Of a stretch of 64,000 bases of DNA, positions 49,623 through 63,993 are shown piece after piece (the first letter of the stretch is position 1; each line of letters opens with the position of its first letter). A program made the position numbers and the translations under genes. The notes beneath the pieces were generated by a model. The model made no database searches. It saw only the letters and a program-made list of their open reading frames with translations, and was not told where the DNA came from. Source of the DNA: Anthoceros angustus. Lineage: Eukaryota; Plantae; Anthocerotophyta. The DNA is taken from contig VJWM01000007.1 of assembly GCA_010909165.1 (NCBI GenBank), positions 558,001 through 622,000 on the forward strand, in the 5' to 3' direction.

Positions 49623-51765
49623 ATGCTGCCCCTGGCAGCTTCTCCCTCCCTTGTCAGGACCAGCAGAGATACTCGATTATGGGAAATTTATTCTGAATTT
49701 GCAGGTCTGGAATTCGCTTGTTGATCTGATTCTTTGTCAATCAATCTTCCGCTCTCTGTGGTCAGTGCAAGTGGTCGGGTGATCAATTACTAGGTGAATG
49801 AAATTTTATGGGTCTGAATCACAGGGTCGTCATCCTGAATTGCAGGTATAGTGGTGGCTGAGGAAAGTCCTGGGAAGATCAAACACCGACTCGCTACTCT
49901 TGCTGAATTCGCTGAAACTCAACGTCTAAACGGGTACTCCTCCTATTACCCTGCTGTGCTAATGCTTTGCAATTCATGAGGAAAGGCTTGATCGAGATAC
50001 GGGTTTGGGGCACATTTGTGCTTGTCCTTTCCGAACAATGGGAAGCCTGTCACTGTCATCGTGATTGTCCTGAAGATAGCGCCAGCTTAGTGTTCCTAAG
50101 TTTTAGAAGTCCAATTTCTTGCTGCATTTACATGAATGAGCAGACCTGAGATTGCTCTGATACTCAAGTTGTGCAATTCTAGTTGTGCTGACCTGTTTCT
50201 GTCAATAACCTAGGCAAGCTGCTCTGGATGGTTTGCGACTTCTTAAAGCAGATCTGCAAGTGCCGGTAGGTGTAGAGAGCATTCACGTTTAGTCCGCATC
50301 TTTTGCTTCTGGCTTACATGGCTCATCTTTTCATGCATGTGAATCTGCTTGTGCAGCTGTTAGATACACGTAACTTCAATATTTTCTACCGTTTCGTCTT
50401 CTTCATCTGTCGAGAAAGCGGGCAGAAGAATCTAGGTAGTGGTTCAGAATTTATGTGTTTGATTCTGAAGACTGCTGAGGTTCTTGGACTCTGTATCTTG
50501 CAATCGATTAACTGTGTTGATGAGCTTTGGTAGTGTCTGTTGTCCATAGGTGTGAGGACTGCTGTGGAAGCTTGGAGGCTTTCTTTAGCAGGACGGTTCA
50601 GGTTGCTGGACCAGTGGTGTGCTTTTGTGCAGGTAATTTCGTTATGATCCCTCTTGATCTTCCCATGCCTGTCCACAGCTTTGTATCTCGATAGACAAAG
50701 ACATAAGTCAATGCCTTTCGTTGTGAAAGATTTTTGACGGTTCACAGAACAGGCGCACCAACGATATGCTATTTCAGAGGATACTTGGAGGCAAATATTG
50801 GAGTTTAGTCGAAGTGTACACGAAGACCTGAGTAATTATGACCCCGAAGGTCAGAAGGGTTGCTGGTCATCGTCTGATTGTCTTGTGACAAGCCATTTTT
50901 CATAACTGACTTGTCGTGAATTTGTGTTTAAGGGGTGGTGGTCCTTTTTGGCTGTTGCAGGTGCCTGGCCATGCCTTATAGATGACTTTGTGGACAGCAT
51001 GTACAGGTAATCCAGCAACACCCTTGTGCTTCTCCTCTCCAGTTCCGTTCTCTCACTATTGGCAGTATTGTCCTCTTTCCGCACTTCGAGATGTACTGAC
51101 AGCTTGAATGAGGCGCTGGGAATATCAGCGATTAGGGAATGAACAGCGTCACAAGTTTTGGCTATGTGTGTTGATATGCATTGCATTGCAGGAAAGCGAC
51201 AAGCTCTGGACTCGATGAAAGCAAGTCTCAGGTGATTTTTGTCCCTGGATGTAGAGTGGGGGAATCAGGTGGAAGCTCCGGGGTTGGTTCCAGGGTGTCT
51301 ATTCTCCCAGGTGTGTTTGCCAGTCATTTTCCACATCCGAAAGCTGATAAAATAGATGGAAGTGCTTCACTTCAGGGTTTACTTTCCTACTCTTGTACAG
51401 CAGGGATGGCAGCGTCCGTTGGGAGTAAAAGGCGCAGAAAGGGTTCAAGAGATGAAACCACTCAAGCAGACTCTGTCAACTGCATTGCCCAAAGGCTTGC
51501 TGAGATGCAGAGTCCAGTATCATTGAAGAGATTGCGACCAAATGATCACGTCTTCGATCCAATGGAGGGAGTCACCCTCAGCTCGGAATTGGGTACTGGA
51601 GAAACCCAGTGGGAGCCTCGTGGCCCTTCAGATTTGCTTAATGAGGTGATGTAGCTTCTTGTTGCACTTTTTGCTCCTTTGCCCGAATTGAGGTCAAAGT
51701 GACGCTGCTAGACGCATCCGTTTTAGGATTTAGTGTCCTGTTTGGATAGCTTATCAGAAACGTGA
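49623..51765 (+). CDS. AAR3: DCN1-like (defective in cullin neddylation) protein AAR3, multi-exon
   Basis: Exons 'FYRFVFFICRESGQKNL', 'AVEAWRLSLAGRFRLLDQWCAFV', 'ISEDTWRQILEFSRSVHEDLSNYDPEGAWPCLIDDFV' and 'GSKRRR'. The start and the final small exon are approximate. Confidence 0.88.
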
Positions 51766-53081
51766 CTGACACTTGGATCTCGTCAGGGTTTCTCAAGGCG
51801 GACATAGATTGGATCCAACGTTGGTCCTGAATTTGACACTACACGGGAACATGTCACGGCGAAGGTCTCTCAGGCTTGGCTCTGAACCTTGCCCGTGCAT
51901 TTTTTACTGTACCTACATTTCTTCAGTTCTGCCTGAAGAGCTGCGTTGCCATTCTTGCGCCTGCTACAATGAGGACCGTCTGGGAGCTTGCAGTTGGGCC
52001 TAGACGAGGTGGAGGAGCTTCCCACCCTGCTAAGATGGGGGTTGGTTCACGGACGTGTCTGATGCAGGAGCTTCTGCCCCAGGGCCTCTGCTTGGTGGTT
52101 CTCAGGCTTGTGGAGGCCTCGTCGTTGGGAGACCGGGGAATTGGCGTCCGTTCAAGGTCTGCTGAAGGGAGTGTGGGTCTCGGTACAAGGATTTTCACCG
52201 ACCCGGAAAGGCTATCGTTCTTGGAGTTTAGGTGGGCCCCGACCGCGAACGTGTCCTCAGGACATGGTTATCGGTTTGATGTTTTCAGTGTAACATTAGT
52301 TAGGGTTCGGATGGGCCACGAGCAGACATTGTGGACTGGAATCAATCGACGCGTTTGAGGTCGTATTCGATCTATCATTCAACCGCAGTAATTGTAATGA
52401 GAAGCTTGTTGATCTTGATGCGGAGACAAAACCGAGCACTTTAGAGAACATGATTAACAACCTTCAGTCATTTCATTGTCGGCGGCAATTACAGACCAGC
52501 GCCCACGGCTAAAAGCGCGATGTCTGAAGGTGAGACCATCGCTTAATCAACGAGGTTATTGTTTGGCCCTTCCGACAAGGACTGGGTATGTACAGACATG
52601 TATTGACAGCGCCCAACGAGCACTTGAAACGCACCGTTGATTTATATCAAGATTATAAAGTACAACTGGCGGTCATCAGCAAAAATGCATGAGACCTGAG
52701 ATCAGGCCCCTGCCCCGCATGCTGGACAGAGGAGTTTGCTAAGTTAGATAAAACCGATTACCGATTGCGCGTCAGTATCGAATTCGTTTCCGCTTCCCAC
52801 CGGAATCTTCAGAATCGTCCTAACAGAGTAACATAGCGTTCCACAATTGTCAGAACCAGAAGTTCAGCCAAGCCAATCGTGAGACAAACCAACAGGTCAC
52901 CAGATACCTTCAATCCTGAATTCTCAAAATTGGTCTTCAGTGATGCAGCCATGCCATCTCCTCCTCTGGTGTCCCGACCCCTCGTGCCTGCCAAAAGCTC
53001 TGGCTGCACCTGAACAACAAAAACCACCGTGGATACCAAGATTGTCGTCTCTCAGAATCAACTAACGGCCAGTCCTATGTC

Positions 53082-56000
53082 TTATTCAAACTGTTCCCGA
53101 CCCTCAAGAAACTCTCCATCCAGCTCATGATGAACATGGCCATGATGGACCTACAAAGAACAGAAAGTGGTAGCCAGGAAAGCAAATGCTTTGTTCCCAA
53201 GACCTGGGCAGATTTATATAGCAAGTACACTGGCCAAGCTTGAAACAGATAACATAAGGTGCAGCTAAGAATAATACGCTGTGCCATAAGTAGAAACCCC
53301 TCCATATCCCAAGGCAGAACTCACTCACCCCATCATCTTCCTCGCTGGAGGCGGCTGCAGCTGCTGTTGCCTCTGATTCTGTTCTACATTTTGCATGGAC
53401 AATTGGCCCCAATTGCGAGATCTGCAATCCATCGACAGAGTGGCCTGGCAGTACGTTCATGTAGACTGCTCCCTTGAACATCCATTCATCTGTCTCGTCA
53501 CTGTAGAAATCCTCAAAAGGTTCCCCACACAAAGCACAACTACGTTGATTCTCATCTGATGGCACTGCCAAAATGTCCTGATCTTCCACCTTCGCCTGTG
53601 CATCTCCACTGAAGAACATCGGTGCAACATCTGTTGCTGAGGCCCCAGTTCCACTTAGCCATTCTTTTACACTAGCAAACCACTTCCTTGATGTCTTCTT
53701 CTGAGACCTTTGCCTCCGATTTCTGGAGACATGCCAGTCCATATGCTTACTGTGGTCCTCTTGAACTTTAAATCTCAAACCACAGGTCTTGCATTGTCTC
53801 GGAAAGTCTACATACAATGCATTGATGACAGATTCACTTCGCTCTCTCAACAAGTCCTGCTTGAACTCGTTTCCAATAGAAACCTCATTCCAGCTATCCG
53901 TCATATAGGGAACTACATCTGCAGGTTCAAATGAAGGTCCTGCCATTGTGGCCTCTGTCACAGTATGAACAACTGAACTAGAGTGGGTCACAGATGGCAT
54001 GCTGCCTAGTATAGAATCAAGCCCAGAGTTTACTAAAGAAGGTGGTCTGGACATGGAAGAAGTGACAGGTGGCGTATCTACAGAGGATTGGGGTGCAATT
54101 ATCAACCCACGAGCCACAAGTGATGAAATCAGTGATGAAAACTGATTCATGGCAGGTGCAGCAGATCGTGAAATAGTGGAATCATCTGCTGAGTTTCCTG
54201 GCCTTAACTTGGAAGCAGGCCCTGTGACTTGTGGATATCGCAAGTTGTGCGAGGAGCTCCCAGTAGCTCCATTCAGACCACCACTTACAAGTCCTATAGG
54301 TAGAGAGTACCCTGCAGAAAGGGATCCACTTGATGAAGGTGGTTGCCTCTGGACAGTGGGGAGCGCTGACGATGAGCTGTTCAAAGTAAGACGACTAGCT
54401 GACAAAGAAGCTTGAGGTGTCTGGGATGGTGGTAGGAGGCCAGACTGCAAGAAGGCAGCCAAAAGGTTGTCACTTCCAGTACCTTGAGAACCTGGTATAA
54501 GACGTTTTGAAAGAGATCCTTGGGACTGGTCTGAAGATGTCTGAGCAATATGCGCCTGCTGTCGCTGCAATGCCACCACTGACTGTGATTGTTGTTGCTG
54601 CTGGAAACGCTGCAGTTGCTGCAAAGAAGCCATTGTTTGAGTTTCAACAGTGCTGGGAAGCTGGTAGTGAGGTGTTTGAACCAAAAGAGACTTGATCTGT
54701 TTAGACTGAGCTTGTTGCAAACTCAACACTTGGGACTGGTGACCTGGTGGCAGTGGGGGAGGAGGCGCAGCAGACAGCTGCTGAAGCTGAGACTGAGGGT
54801 GCATCCGCAAAGGTGATGTTGACCGCTGCCTGTGATGAAAGTGAGTACCAGGAGTAACTGGAGACAGATGGCCCAGGGCAGAGGACCCCCCAACAGCCTG
54901 AGACCTTATGCTAGTGTTCACAGACAGACCCCCGATTCCATCCAGGCTTTCACTGCCAGCAGAGTTCATAGACACGCTCCCCAATGGTAAAGCCACATCT
55001 GCCAGTCCCAACCTTGATGGCGACATATTCCTACTAGACAAACCCACCACGGAGGAGCGCATTCTAGCTGTTCCATCAGACCTTAGAGATCGATCAAGAG
55101 TCACTTGCAAGTCTCCAACTCCATCTCGAGATCCAAACACAGTACGCAAGTGCGGGTGGTCCCTCTCTTCCAAATCCTACAGAAAAAGGACACACTGAGG
55201 TTAAGACTTGAGGTAAACATAGGAAAACGACCAGAATGGATGCACACATTCAGGAGCGCAGACTCTACAAATGCCAAGGAAGTGGAGCAATGCAAGGGTC
55301 TGGACAGAACGGCAAGACTTTAAAGAGGATTCTAGAAGGCATATCATGAGTGGCTTGAAAGCAAGTCTACAACAAAGCCAAAGAGAGCCTGCAAGTAGGG
55401 AGAGCCAAACACACTGACCCTAGTCAGTGGCAATCGCTCATCAACGAGAGTCAGGTCCTGTTGGTCAAAATGCCTTGGCCTAGACCAGTTCATAGAGGTG
55501 GTCGTTCCCGCGTTTTGGACAGGCAGTTTGGACCGTCCAACACCCCGGGCAGGACCTCTCTCTGAATCACCTGATGCCCAGTAATTTCTTGTACTGCTTA
55601 ACACCATGTGATCCTTCTCTCGTGCTTTTGAGTTCATCTCCTTCCATGCATAATCTTCATCATCAAATTGCTGGCTATGTCCACCAGCCGTTTTCTTCCT
55701 GTGCTCACTATCTAACCCGTGGAAAAGAGTGCCCCCTGTGCCTGGTCCTGGTCCCCTATTGTAACCATAACCATCGAACGGCAGCTTTCTAGAGGATAGC
55801 TGCATCCCATCATACCCATTCTGAGGGTGCAAGAGGCCAGCCACTACACCTTCCCCGGAAAACATGACCCCTTCACCGTCAACCTCCCCAGACCAAACAT
55901 CCTCCCAAGCGGCATCTGTCTCTACTTTCCTTGATACACCGGGCCTTGAATTACTGGGAATGTCATATTCTGTCGCTTCGAACAAGGCATTCCGGACAAA

Positions 56001-57451
56001 CCCTGGCTCGCCAAAAACGTCCTCCCCTCTTTGAGAGACCTGCACACATGAAGCTAGCAGGCTGTCCCTTGAATTGCGTCATAATTTATAAAACCGTCTG
56101 ACCATGAACTTAGACATCAAACCAAGAGCTGGCATGCAGTCTATCGAACAGACCAACACAGCTAAAAAGATGACCTTGATCTTCCTACCAGACTAGGGTC
56201 ATGTAGAGTGACACTAAATAAGAGATCGAAAAGGCATGCGATGCTGGTGCATTCTAAACACTCGGTCCAGGCCCACAATTTACTAGTCCAGCAGTCCAAG
56301 AGCTCTCCGCAGCGCAGAGGCTTACCTCAGTGTCAGATACTACAAGATATGTTCAAAATAAAAACCGAAATGTTGGTAAGACCTCAGCCATTCATTCATA
56401 CCCTGTTTGACTGCTGAATTCGCTGTCGGTGTGCTGCTTCAATATACTTCGGATTAACATGCATGCCATGCCCTGTACGAGGAGACTGTGACTCAATTGG
56501 CCGAGATGGTGCTGTGCTAGCTGTTGAGCCATTCACAATAGAAGAAAATTGAAGCTGTTCTTCAATGTAACTAAGTGGTGGTGCAGGAAATACCCCCCGC
56601 CATGTGCGAAATAAATGCTGCATGGCAGGATAAGTCCCCGGATCCACTTGGCGATAAGACCTGCAGAACACCTGCAGAACCATACACAAAAGCAGGCCAA
56701 TGAGTTCAACCTGCCATGAAACCAGAGGGACATAAAAGTCCTTGACAAGATTATACAACATGAATTCGAAAGTGCATCAGGAGGCTGCCAGAGAAGACGG
56801 TACACAAATAGATGCACAGGCATATCAAGGCAGTCGAGACATACCGAACGGATTGGCAAGGTTAGGAAACAAGCAACGGGAAGCACATCCTACGTCAGAC
56901 TTGGACAGCTGGATTACAAAACAAGCCCGAAAGAGTGAAATCGACCTCTCACCTCTGGCAGGCGTGCAGAGAAGTATTTCACGTATTCTCCTCCAATATT
57001 CTTAACTATGCTGTCCAGGAGATAAAGGGATGGCAACTTGTGTTCCTTGGGAGCCTGAGCCACAAAATGGAACATAAAGGTATGAAAACCCGAGCCTTCT
57101 TGACAACAGGCGTGCTAGTACAGGTGCATAACCCTAAGGCCGCCGGGGTTAAATGAGATGCAGAATGGAGAGGGTTCGGACAAGCTGAATCAAAGGATCG
57201 AAAGAAACCTCCAGAATGTGCGCGCAGATGGTGGAGGAGATGCCCTTCGCTGCATGCGCGTTCTCCCCTGCTATTATGGTCAAATTTGTAATAATCGGCT
57301 TGGAGTTGAATGTCAATTCAACTAATGCCGACTTGTACTGGGAGACCAGCTCCTGCAAGGCGGCCATGCTCGCATCCTCTGAAACCATATCCCCTTCTTG
57401 AACAATGTCGGGGTCCTGTACCTCGTCGGTCTCATCCTCCCGGTCCCCCAT
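53082..57451 (-). CDS. PCFS4: Polyadenylation/cleavage factor Pcf11 homolog (PCFS4), multi-exon
   Basis: CID domain '[26 protein letters not shown]', '[10 protein letters not shown]' and 'HVNPKY'. Zinc fingers '[24 protein letters not shown]' and '[32 protein letters not shown]'. Both ends are approximate. Confidence 0.92.
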
Positions 57452-58784
57452 CTCCTTCTTGGACAAATGTAGAGGTCCTGCCTGTGCCTGTACTTCGTCA
57501 CTCTCTACCACCCGCTCCAAACATATGTAAGAGGTGGAATTGGCGTGGCGAAGCCTTTGATCTCGAATAAACCCTAAGGGACGGAAGGCTTAAGCTTGAA
57601 ATCTAATTATCTGTTTGGGATGAAAAACGAGCTGGGTAGCTAATGCACACGTACAAAGACAGCCAGAGGCCGATCCAGTGCTTCATTTTCACCAACCGAG
57701 GGCACCTAGGTACCGGGTACCGGATACCGGATACCGGGTACCGGCCCTTTTCAGTACCTCTCGGTCGCTGAATCGACTCGGCGCTAGACCGCTAGACTGG
57801 ACTGGTCCCTGTGCCGCCCAAGTTCACGAACGAACACACACAACTTTGCCGCCAACCGCCCGTTCTTCTTCAGCCCAGCTGGGACCTGCTGTGTTTGGTG
57901 GACCGGGAGTCGAGGACCGTTTTGCGAATTTTGTGCCCGGTCCGCGACCGATTGGTTTTCAAGGACCGATCGACAGAAAAGAAAGGTACCTACATATTAG
58001 GTGATAGTTTTACACAGTATCACCTGCTAGGTGTGTTCGATTTCCAATTCTTTTCAAAGCTACCGATTTCTCACCTCAAATGATTATCCCATCAATTCAC
58101 TTCAAACATTGTTTGCCTTTGATGTGAGGGCTATTGGTAGGTAAGCTCGTCAATGCATCAAATGTCCAGGTTTATTCACTACCTAGTTTTGTCGCATTGA
58201 TGATGATCTCTCACCATTGGAAGGAATATTTAAATCTCTAACAAGACATAACCAAACACAAAGATCCTACACATGGACAATAGAAGAAGTTAGTGCTTCA
58301 ATAGATTAATTCGAAGCTAGGCAAGCATGGGGTAAAAGGTAATATAATTCACACACCAGGTGTCACTGTTTGGCCTCCAAGTAGCCCGTCGTCCTCCCAC
58401 CAAGGACAACTCGCATAAGAGCATCAGGCGTTGGTACTAGGTCTTTAAGTAGCCCGTCGTCCTCTCACTTAGGACAACTCGCATGAGAGCATCTCGACTA
58501 TAAGAGCATCTTGGCTACTGCTCCTTACTATGGATCAACAAGAGTATAAGAGAGATCATCTTCCACGGAGAGATCTAAGTATTAGAGCAGCTTGTAGGTA
58601 GATATCTAGTTGGTACTCTTAGACTCTCTTCCAAGCATACACTTTTTCGGTATTCACTCACTCCTTATATAGGGATGCTCTTTGTTAAGCTTCAAGTATC
58701 TTTTTTGAATCTTAATAAAGAATTTGGCTTCCTTAAGCCCTAAGCAAAGCTTCACTACCATTATCCACAATTTAATAACTACGA

Positions 58785-59175
58785 AGTTACCTTATTTGCA
58801 TGGCTTGTTACTTTCCCAAATTCTCTCCTTCCAAGAAAATTATCATTATTCTCCATAATAGCCAAATTATCCATCTAACGCCACCCACACTAAATTTAGT
58901 AACTATGGAAGTTACCTTATTTGCATAGCTTCTTACTTTCTCAAGTTCTCTCCTTTCAAGAAAATTATAAGTATCCTCAGTGATAGCCAAATTATCTAGA
59001 GATTACCCATCTAATGCCACCCACACTAAATTTACTAACTACGATTTAAAAGTTACCTTATTTACATGGCTTCTTACTTTCTCAAATTCTCTCCTTCTAA
59101 AAAAATTATCAGTATCCTCAATGATAGCCAAATTATTTAGAGATTATCCATCTAACGCCACCCAAACTAAATTTG
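58785..59175. repeat. ~125-140-bp tandem repeat x3 (plus a ~68-bp duplication at 58379-58495)
   Basis: 'aagttaccttattt' starts at ~58785, ~58909 and ~59050; each unit ends 'gccaccca.actaaattt'. Confidence 0.85.
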
Positions 59176-60492
59176 GGATGCTACACACTTTATTATATAT
59201 CCTGGTATGATTTTGCATTGTGTAGAGGTACACTCCTCTTTACTATGAATTCCTTAATTTTCCTCATTGCCAGAGTATGGATGTTGGACTTCTTCATACA
59301 GACACATGAAACACATTGTGTGCAGTTACAGATATGTACCTTGTAAGTTACTATCTCAAAACTCTTCAAGATCCAACATACTATGATTGCTTATGTGGCA
59401 CAATTTTAACTTAGTTTTGGGTAAAATTAAAATCCATACTTGTGATAAACCATGGTTGTTTACAAGGTAGAGTTTGAACTTAGGTTTGGGCAAAATTATA
59501 ATTATTCCATCCCAATTCTTCCCACACTAGATAATTTCTCTAGTGAACCATGATTATTTACGTAGCACAAACGAACTAAAATTCCATCATGGAATGCATC
59601 AATGATCTTTTCCCTTTATAAAATTCTGGGTTTTAAAAGCTACTTTTATCTTGTTCATTTTATCAACATTAAGCCATTCAAGGTCTTGAGATACATTTCC
59701 TAAGCCAAATGGCTTAGACCAAATGGACACACATTTATATAAACGTCTTTATTAAGCATTTTGTAATTAGATTGATATTTAGATGGGGTACCTAAAGGAA
59801 ATAGATGCCCTTGGCACAAGTAGCTTAAAAACACCATGGTACAAGTTGTTAAGTATGGAGTCCCATGACAAGAAAAAGTCCGTCCATGTCCGTCCATGAT
59901 AAGAAGAAATAGTTTATAATAAACTTCTTTTTAGGAGAGAACTAAAAGAAACTATCACGTAAGCCAAAGTTGCCAGCCTCAGGGTGCACCCATGAATCCG
60001 CCAATGTCATGTTTTGTCAGAATGAGACGAATGATGAGTCCCATCTTGTCATGCTATGGCAGAATGAGATGAGGACGAATTCCTCTGATAAGGGGGACGA
60101 ATGGAGGCTACGTTTCATTTATAACCCGGCGCAACCTAGGAGCGAGAAGCCCGACGAACAACACGATTCCCGCTCACCAGAGCACACTTCCTTTTTCTCA
60201 CCCTCAGAACGAGGTCTTGTCGGGAGCGTCAACAAAATGGCGGCATATCTGGTTGCAGCTCACTCGGTAGGGGCCGATTGTCTTTCAAGTTCCTGTGAGT
60301 CTGTGTGACAGTATGATGGCGCTGTTGCAAGAGCATCGGCAGCATGGAGCACTTCCACGGAGACACGACATTGCAGTTGCCGGTTCCAAATGACTCATGC
60401 AATTGGACTGACTGAGTAGCAGGGCTGTCTGTGCAAAGGTCTGTGCCGGGAGAAGCGCGGTCGCAACATGGGGGCAATTCCTAGCTCCTGGA

Positions 60493-61952
60493 ATGTCAGT
60501 CTCTGCTCCCGGCTCCGCCTGTGTCACCTTGGCTGGTGTCGGTTCATCGGTCCATAGCCGTAACTTCCCCCTGTCGTTAGGGCTAATCCCAGCAGGGCTG
60601 TCCTTGGCCTGCCCAGCCGGGCCTCTCCGTTTCATGGCGGAGCGCAAAGCGCAGCAAAAGTCGAGGCGCAAACCTTCGGTTGTGGTGGAGGCGTCAGGTT
60701 CTGCATCATCACCTAGCTTCCTTGCTTTCTGCACCTTTTAACAGGTCGATTGCGGCCGCGGATCATCCAATTCCCATGCTGCTCCTTGGGGCTCTTTTCC
60801 TGACCTCTTCCCGTGCAATCTCAACCTTCCGCCTCCTTATGCTTCCTCTCCCCGTCCCTGTGTCGCGATTACTGTATCTACCTGCCTTTGAGGCGTGACC
60901 ATCGGTTCCTGAGCCAATTCTACGTCATCTGCTGTGCGAACCGTTGACAGAAACCGCTGTCTAGAGTCCGAACACGGCTGGAAGAGTCTGCTCGCTCGAG
61001 TCGAGTTGAGTCGGGGCGCTTCTTCTCACAAACGCTGAATTGTGGTTATGCAATCTGTGCAAACAGTGGCACCAAGCCCCGAGGAGGTTGCTGTTGAAGA
61101 GGCCACGGGCATCAAGTTCCTGAAGCAGCTCACCACTCCAGGGTCCGCCAAGCAGCTGACGTTTGTGGGTGCTGGTACGCACCGTTCGGCTGCCAGCAAG
61201 AGAACCTAGCATTTCCAACGCAGAGTCTTTTCACATCCGGTGTCATCTGTGTAGGCGTGCGGGAGAAGGCCATCGCGTTTATCAAGGTCAAGGTTTACGC
61301 AGTGGGCTTCTACGTGGACCGTGACGTGTCTGCGCACCTAGGTGCATGGAAAGGAAAACCAGGTGTGGAGGTTGCTAAAGACGAAGGCTTCTACCGGGCC
61401 TTCGTGGAAGGTGAGATTTGGTCTTGCATTTAAGTTTTTTATCAATCCCATCTCTGAGCTCTTGACCGACTTGTTTCGAACTGGTGCATGAATCAGCGCC
61501 GGTGACGAAAGCAATTGCGATTACGCTGGCAAGGGATGTGGACGGCGCACAGTTCTGGGGAGCTTTGGATGAAGCGCTTGCTCCAAGGCTGAAAGTGGCT
61601 GATGGAGGAAGGGAGGGAGAAGAGGCTCTGGCTAACTTTGCAAAAGTTTTCCAGGGACGTCCATTCAAGCTAGGCACCACCGTCCTGCTCAACTGGGTCC
61701 AACCGGGCACACTCGAGGTAAGTCCGTCAGCTTCATTGAAACGCTCAGGGGCAGAGGCCAGTGGGTCATGTTGTTCATGCGTTCCTGCAGATCTCCCTGT
61801 CGGACTCCACGATTCCTGCACCGGACGTGTCTGTTATCGAGTCTAGGTTACTGGCTGCTGCCTTATTCGACATTTACTTGGGGCCTGTGCCAATTGCTCC
61901 GAGCGCCAAAACAGCTGTGGGCATACAGGCAGAAGTCGTGCACTTGATATGA
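60493..61952 (+). CDS. FAP3: Fatty-acid-binding protein 3 (chalcone-isomerase fold), plastid-type, multi-exon
   Basis: 'EEATGIKF..FVGAGVREKAIAFIKVKVYAVGFY', 'LARDVDGAQFWGALDEALAPRL' and 'ALFDIYLGPVPIAPSAK'. A transit-like exon ending 'VVVEAS' splices in phase. The true start may be upstream (ATG 60237). Confidence 0.88.
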
Positions 61953-61999
61953 ATGCCGAGAAAATAAAACGGCCACTCTTTCCAATATTAAAATGACTG

Positions 62000-63993
62000 T
62001 CAAAAGGGGCTGATGGCTCGGGCCATTTGCAACAACAACTCTGGCACCATTCGCCTTCTTCCTCGTGGAAGTTGATCCACGTGCAAGATAGTGAGAATGT
62101 CGTCCAAGAGCTCATCTCTTCCACCACGCATTGGATCCTGCGCGCACACCAAATATGCGACCCAATCGATTAGGATCAGGGAAGACACAATCGCCGTTTG
62201 CAGTCCAAAGCTTTCATTCGGGGGCCAACCTGAAGGATCAAATCCGTGTGAGTCTTATCAGGATACAGTCGGAAAGTGACATCCGCGCCAACCGAACGCA
62301 GGCTCTCTGCAAAGCTAAAACTGTAGCACACACAGCAAACAAGCATGAGGGCAGGTTAGCCAAGAACTCTCTCGCTTACGAATCAAAGTATTCCTCGAAC
62401 GACAATATACCTGGCATCACACGGGATGGAATAATCTGCATCGCCATGAAAGAGAGCCATAGAAGGCAGATGCTTGGCAGCATCTTTGTACGAGGGGCTT
62501 TGCACCTCAAGATCAGGGGAAAACTTCGCCAAGTTGTCCTCACCCTCCACGATGCTGTAACATTCGAGAGAGCAGCAAGAATTCTCAGGTTATCAACGAC
62601 CTAAGTAAAATGACATGTGTACCCTGTCCACTAGGGATCCGAAGGCGATTTGGGTTAGAAATCAACTGAAAAGCTCCACAATAGGCAAGAGATCTGTAGC
62701 CAAGTCAGAGTTATCACCTGACAAACAGTGAACGATACAACCCCCGTAGATGAAAATGGTTAACCAGCTTACAGAGATTGTACCTACATTCCAGAAGTAT
62801 AATGAGCGAAGCCCCTGAAAACTTTCTTCATTCGACAACAGACTTCACAGGAATTTTCATCAATCTCACCCGCCAGAAATGCCTACGAATGCCTGAAATT
62901 GAGAAGACCTCCAAGTCAGCGAGGAGCCGTCAAGCTCTTCTTTGTTGGCTTGTTGAACTAGGGCATGAGCCGCAAGATGTGCACCAGCTGATTGACCAGC
63001 TAGATATAGTCTGATTTGAATGGCAGACATAATGTCAGCCAAATGCAACACAGACATGTAGCTCCTTAAAGAAAGTGACCCTGTGATATGGGTCTATGGC
63101 ATGCTCACCTCTTGGGATCACCTCCAAAGTGTGTCACATTGTTCACAACAAAAGATATGCCCTTGATGATATCCTCGGTCATGTCACTCATGCTTCCCTG
63201 GGGAAAGTTCCTAGCAGTCACGGCAATGGCAGTCTCAGGGAAATCAGAGCTGCAGCTTGCCAGACCCTCCGCAAGTTTGTTGTTAGCAAGAACCACCTGT
63301 AATCAATACAAGCTACAATGATGTCGTTCTCGACAAGCTGCTGAGCGAGTAGGGCTCCCCAGGCCTTGTACCTGCAAACTCATTGCGGGCGATAAACTCA
63401 AGGTCAACTATAAGTAGAAGGGCTTGCAGTGGGAGACTTCGAAGCTATAACATTTGCAACTGCAGATTAACAGTGAGCAAGTACATGAGTCAAGCAACAG
63501 AGGTTTGTTTGCCCAACCCAATAATCCAAGCACCTCCAGTGATGAACACCACCACCGTTTTGGGCTCCTTACAGCCTCCATCTGGTAAATACAGATCTAA
63601 CCTGCCCCAGAACGTTATCCATCAATACAGGCACGTTTGCAGCAACATTCACGCGAGCTCAGCTACTAGGTGGTCACCTGTTCCTCGGATTTTCACCATA
63701 GGTGACGCTTCGATGGACGTTCTTGGAGAAGAAATAGTAATAACCAACTGCAGCAGAAGGATGCAATCGGAGAAAAGGAAGTTAATGAACCGTCCCACAG
63801 CCAGTGTTGACAACTTGTCATTTTCAAACAGAAATAACCCTCCCATCCAGCTCATCCGCCGCAGAACACAGCGAGCTGTGCTCGAGAACAACCAGGCGTA
63901 GGAAAGGAAGTCTTACTTTGAAGAAATCCGGGCGATAAACACAAGGCGTACAAGCCAAGGGCCAAGAGTTTGGTAATCCATCGATAGCCCAAC
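62000..63993 (-). CDS. ICME: Isoprenylcysteine alpha-carbonyl methylesterase (5' end outside the window)
   Basis: '[12 protein letters not shown]', '[14 protein letters not shown]', '[16 protein letters not shown]', 'DYRNFPQG', 'LAGQSAGAH', '[10 protein letters not shown]', '[15 protein letters not shown]' and 'ARAISPF*'. Confidence 0.93.
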
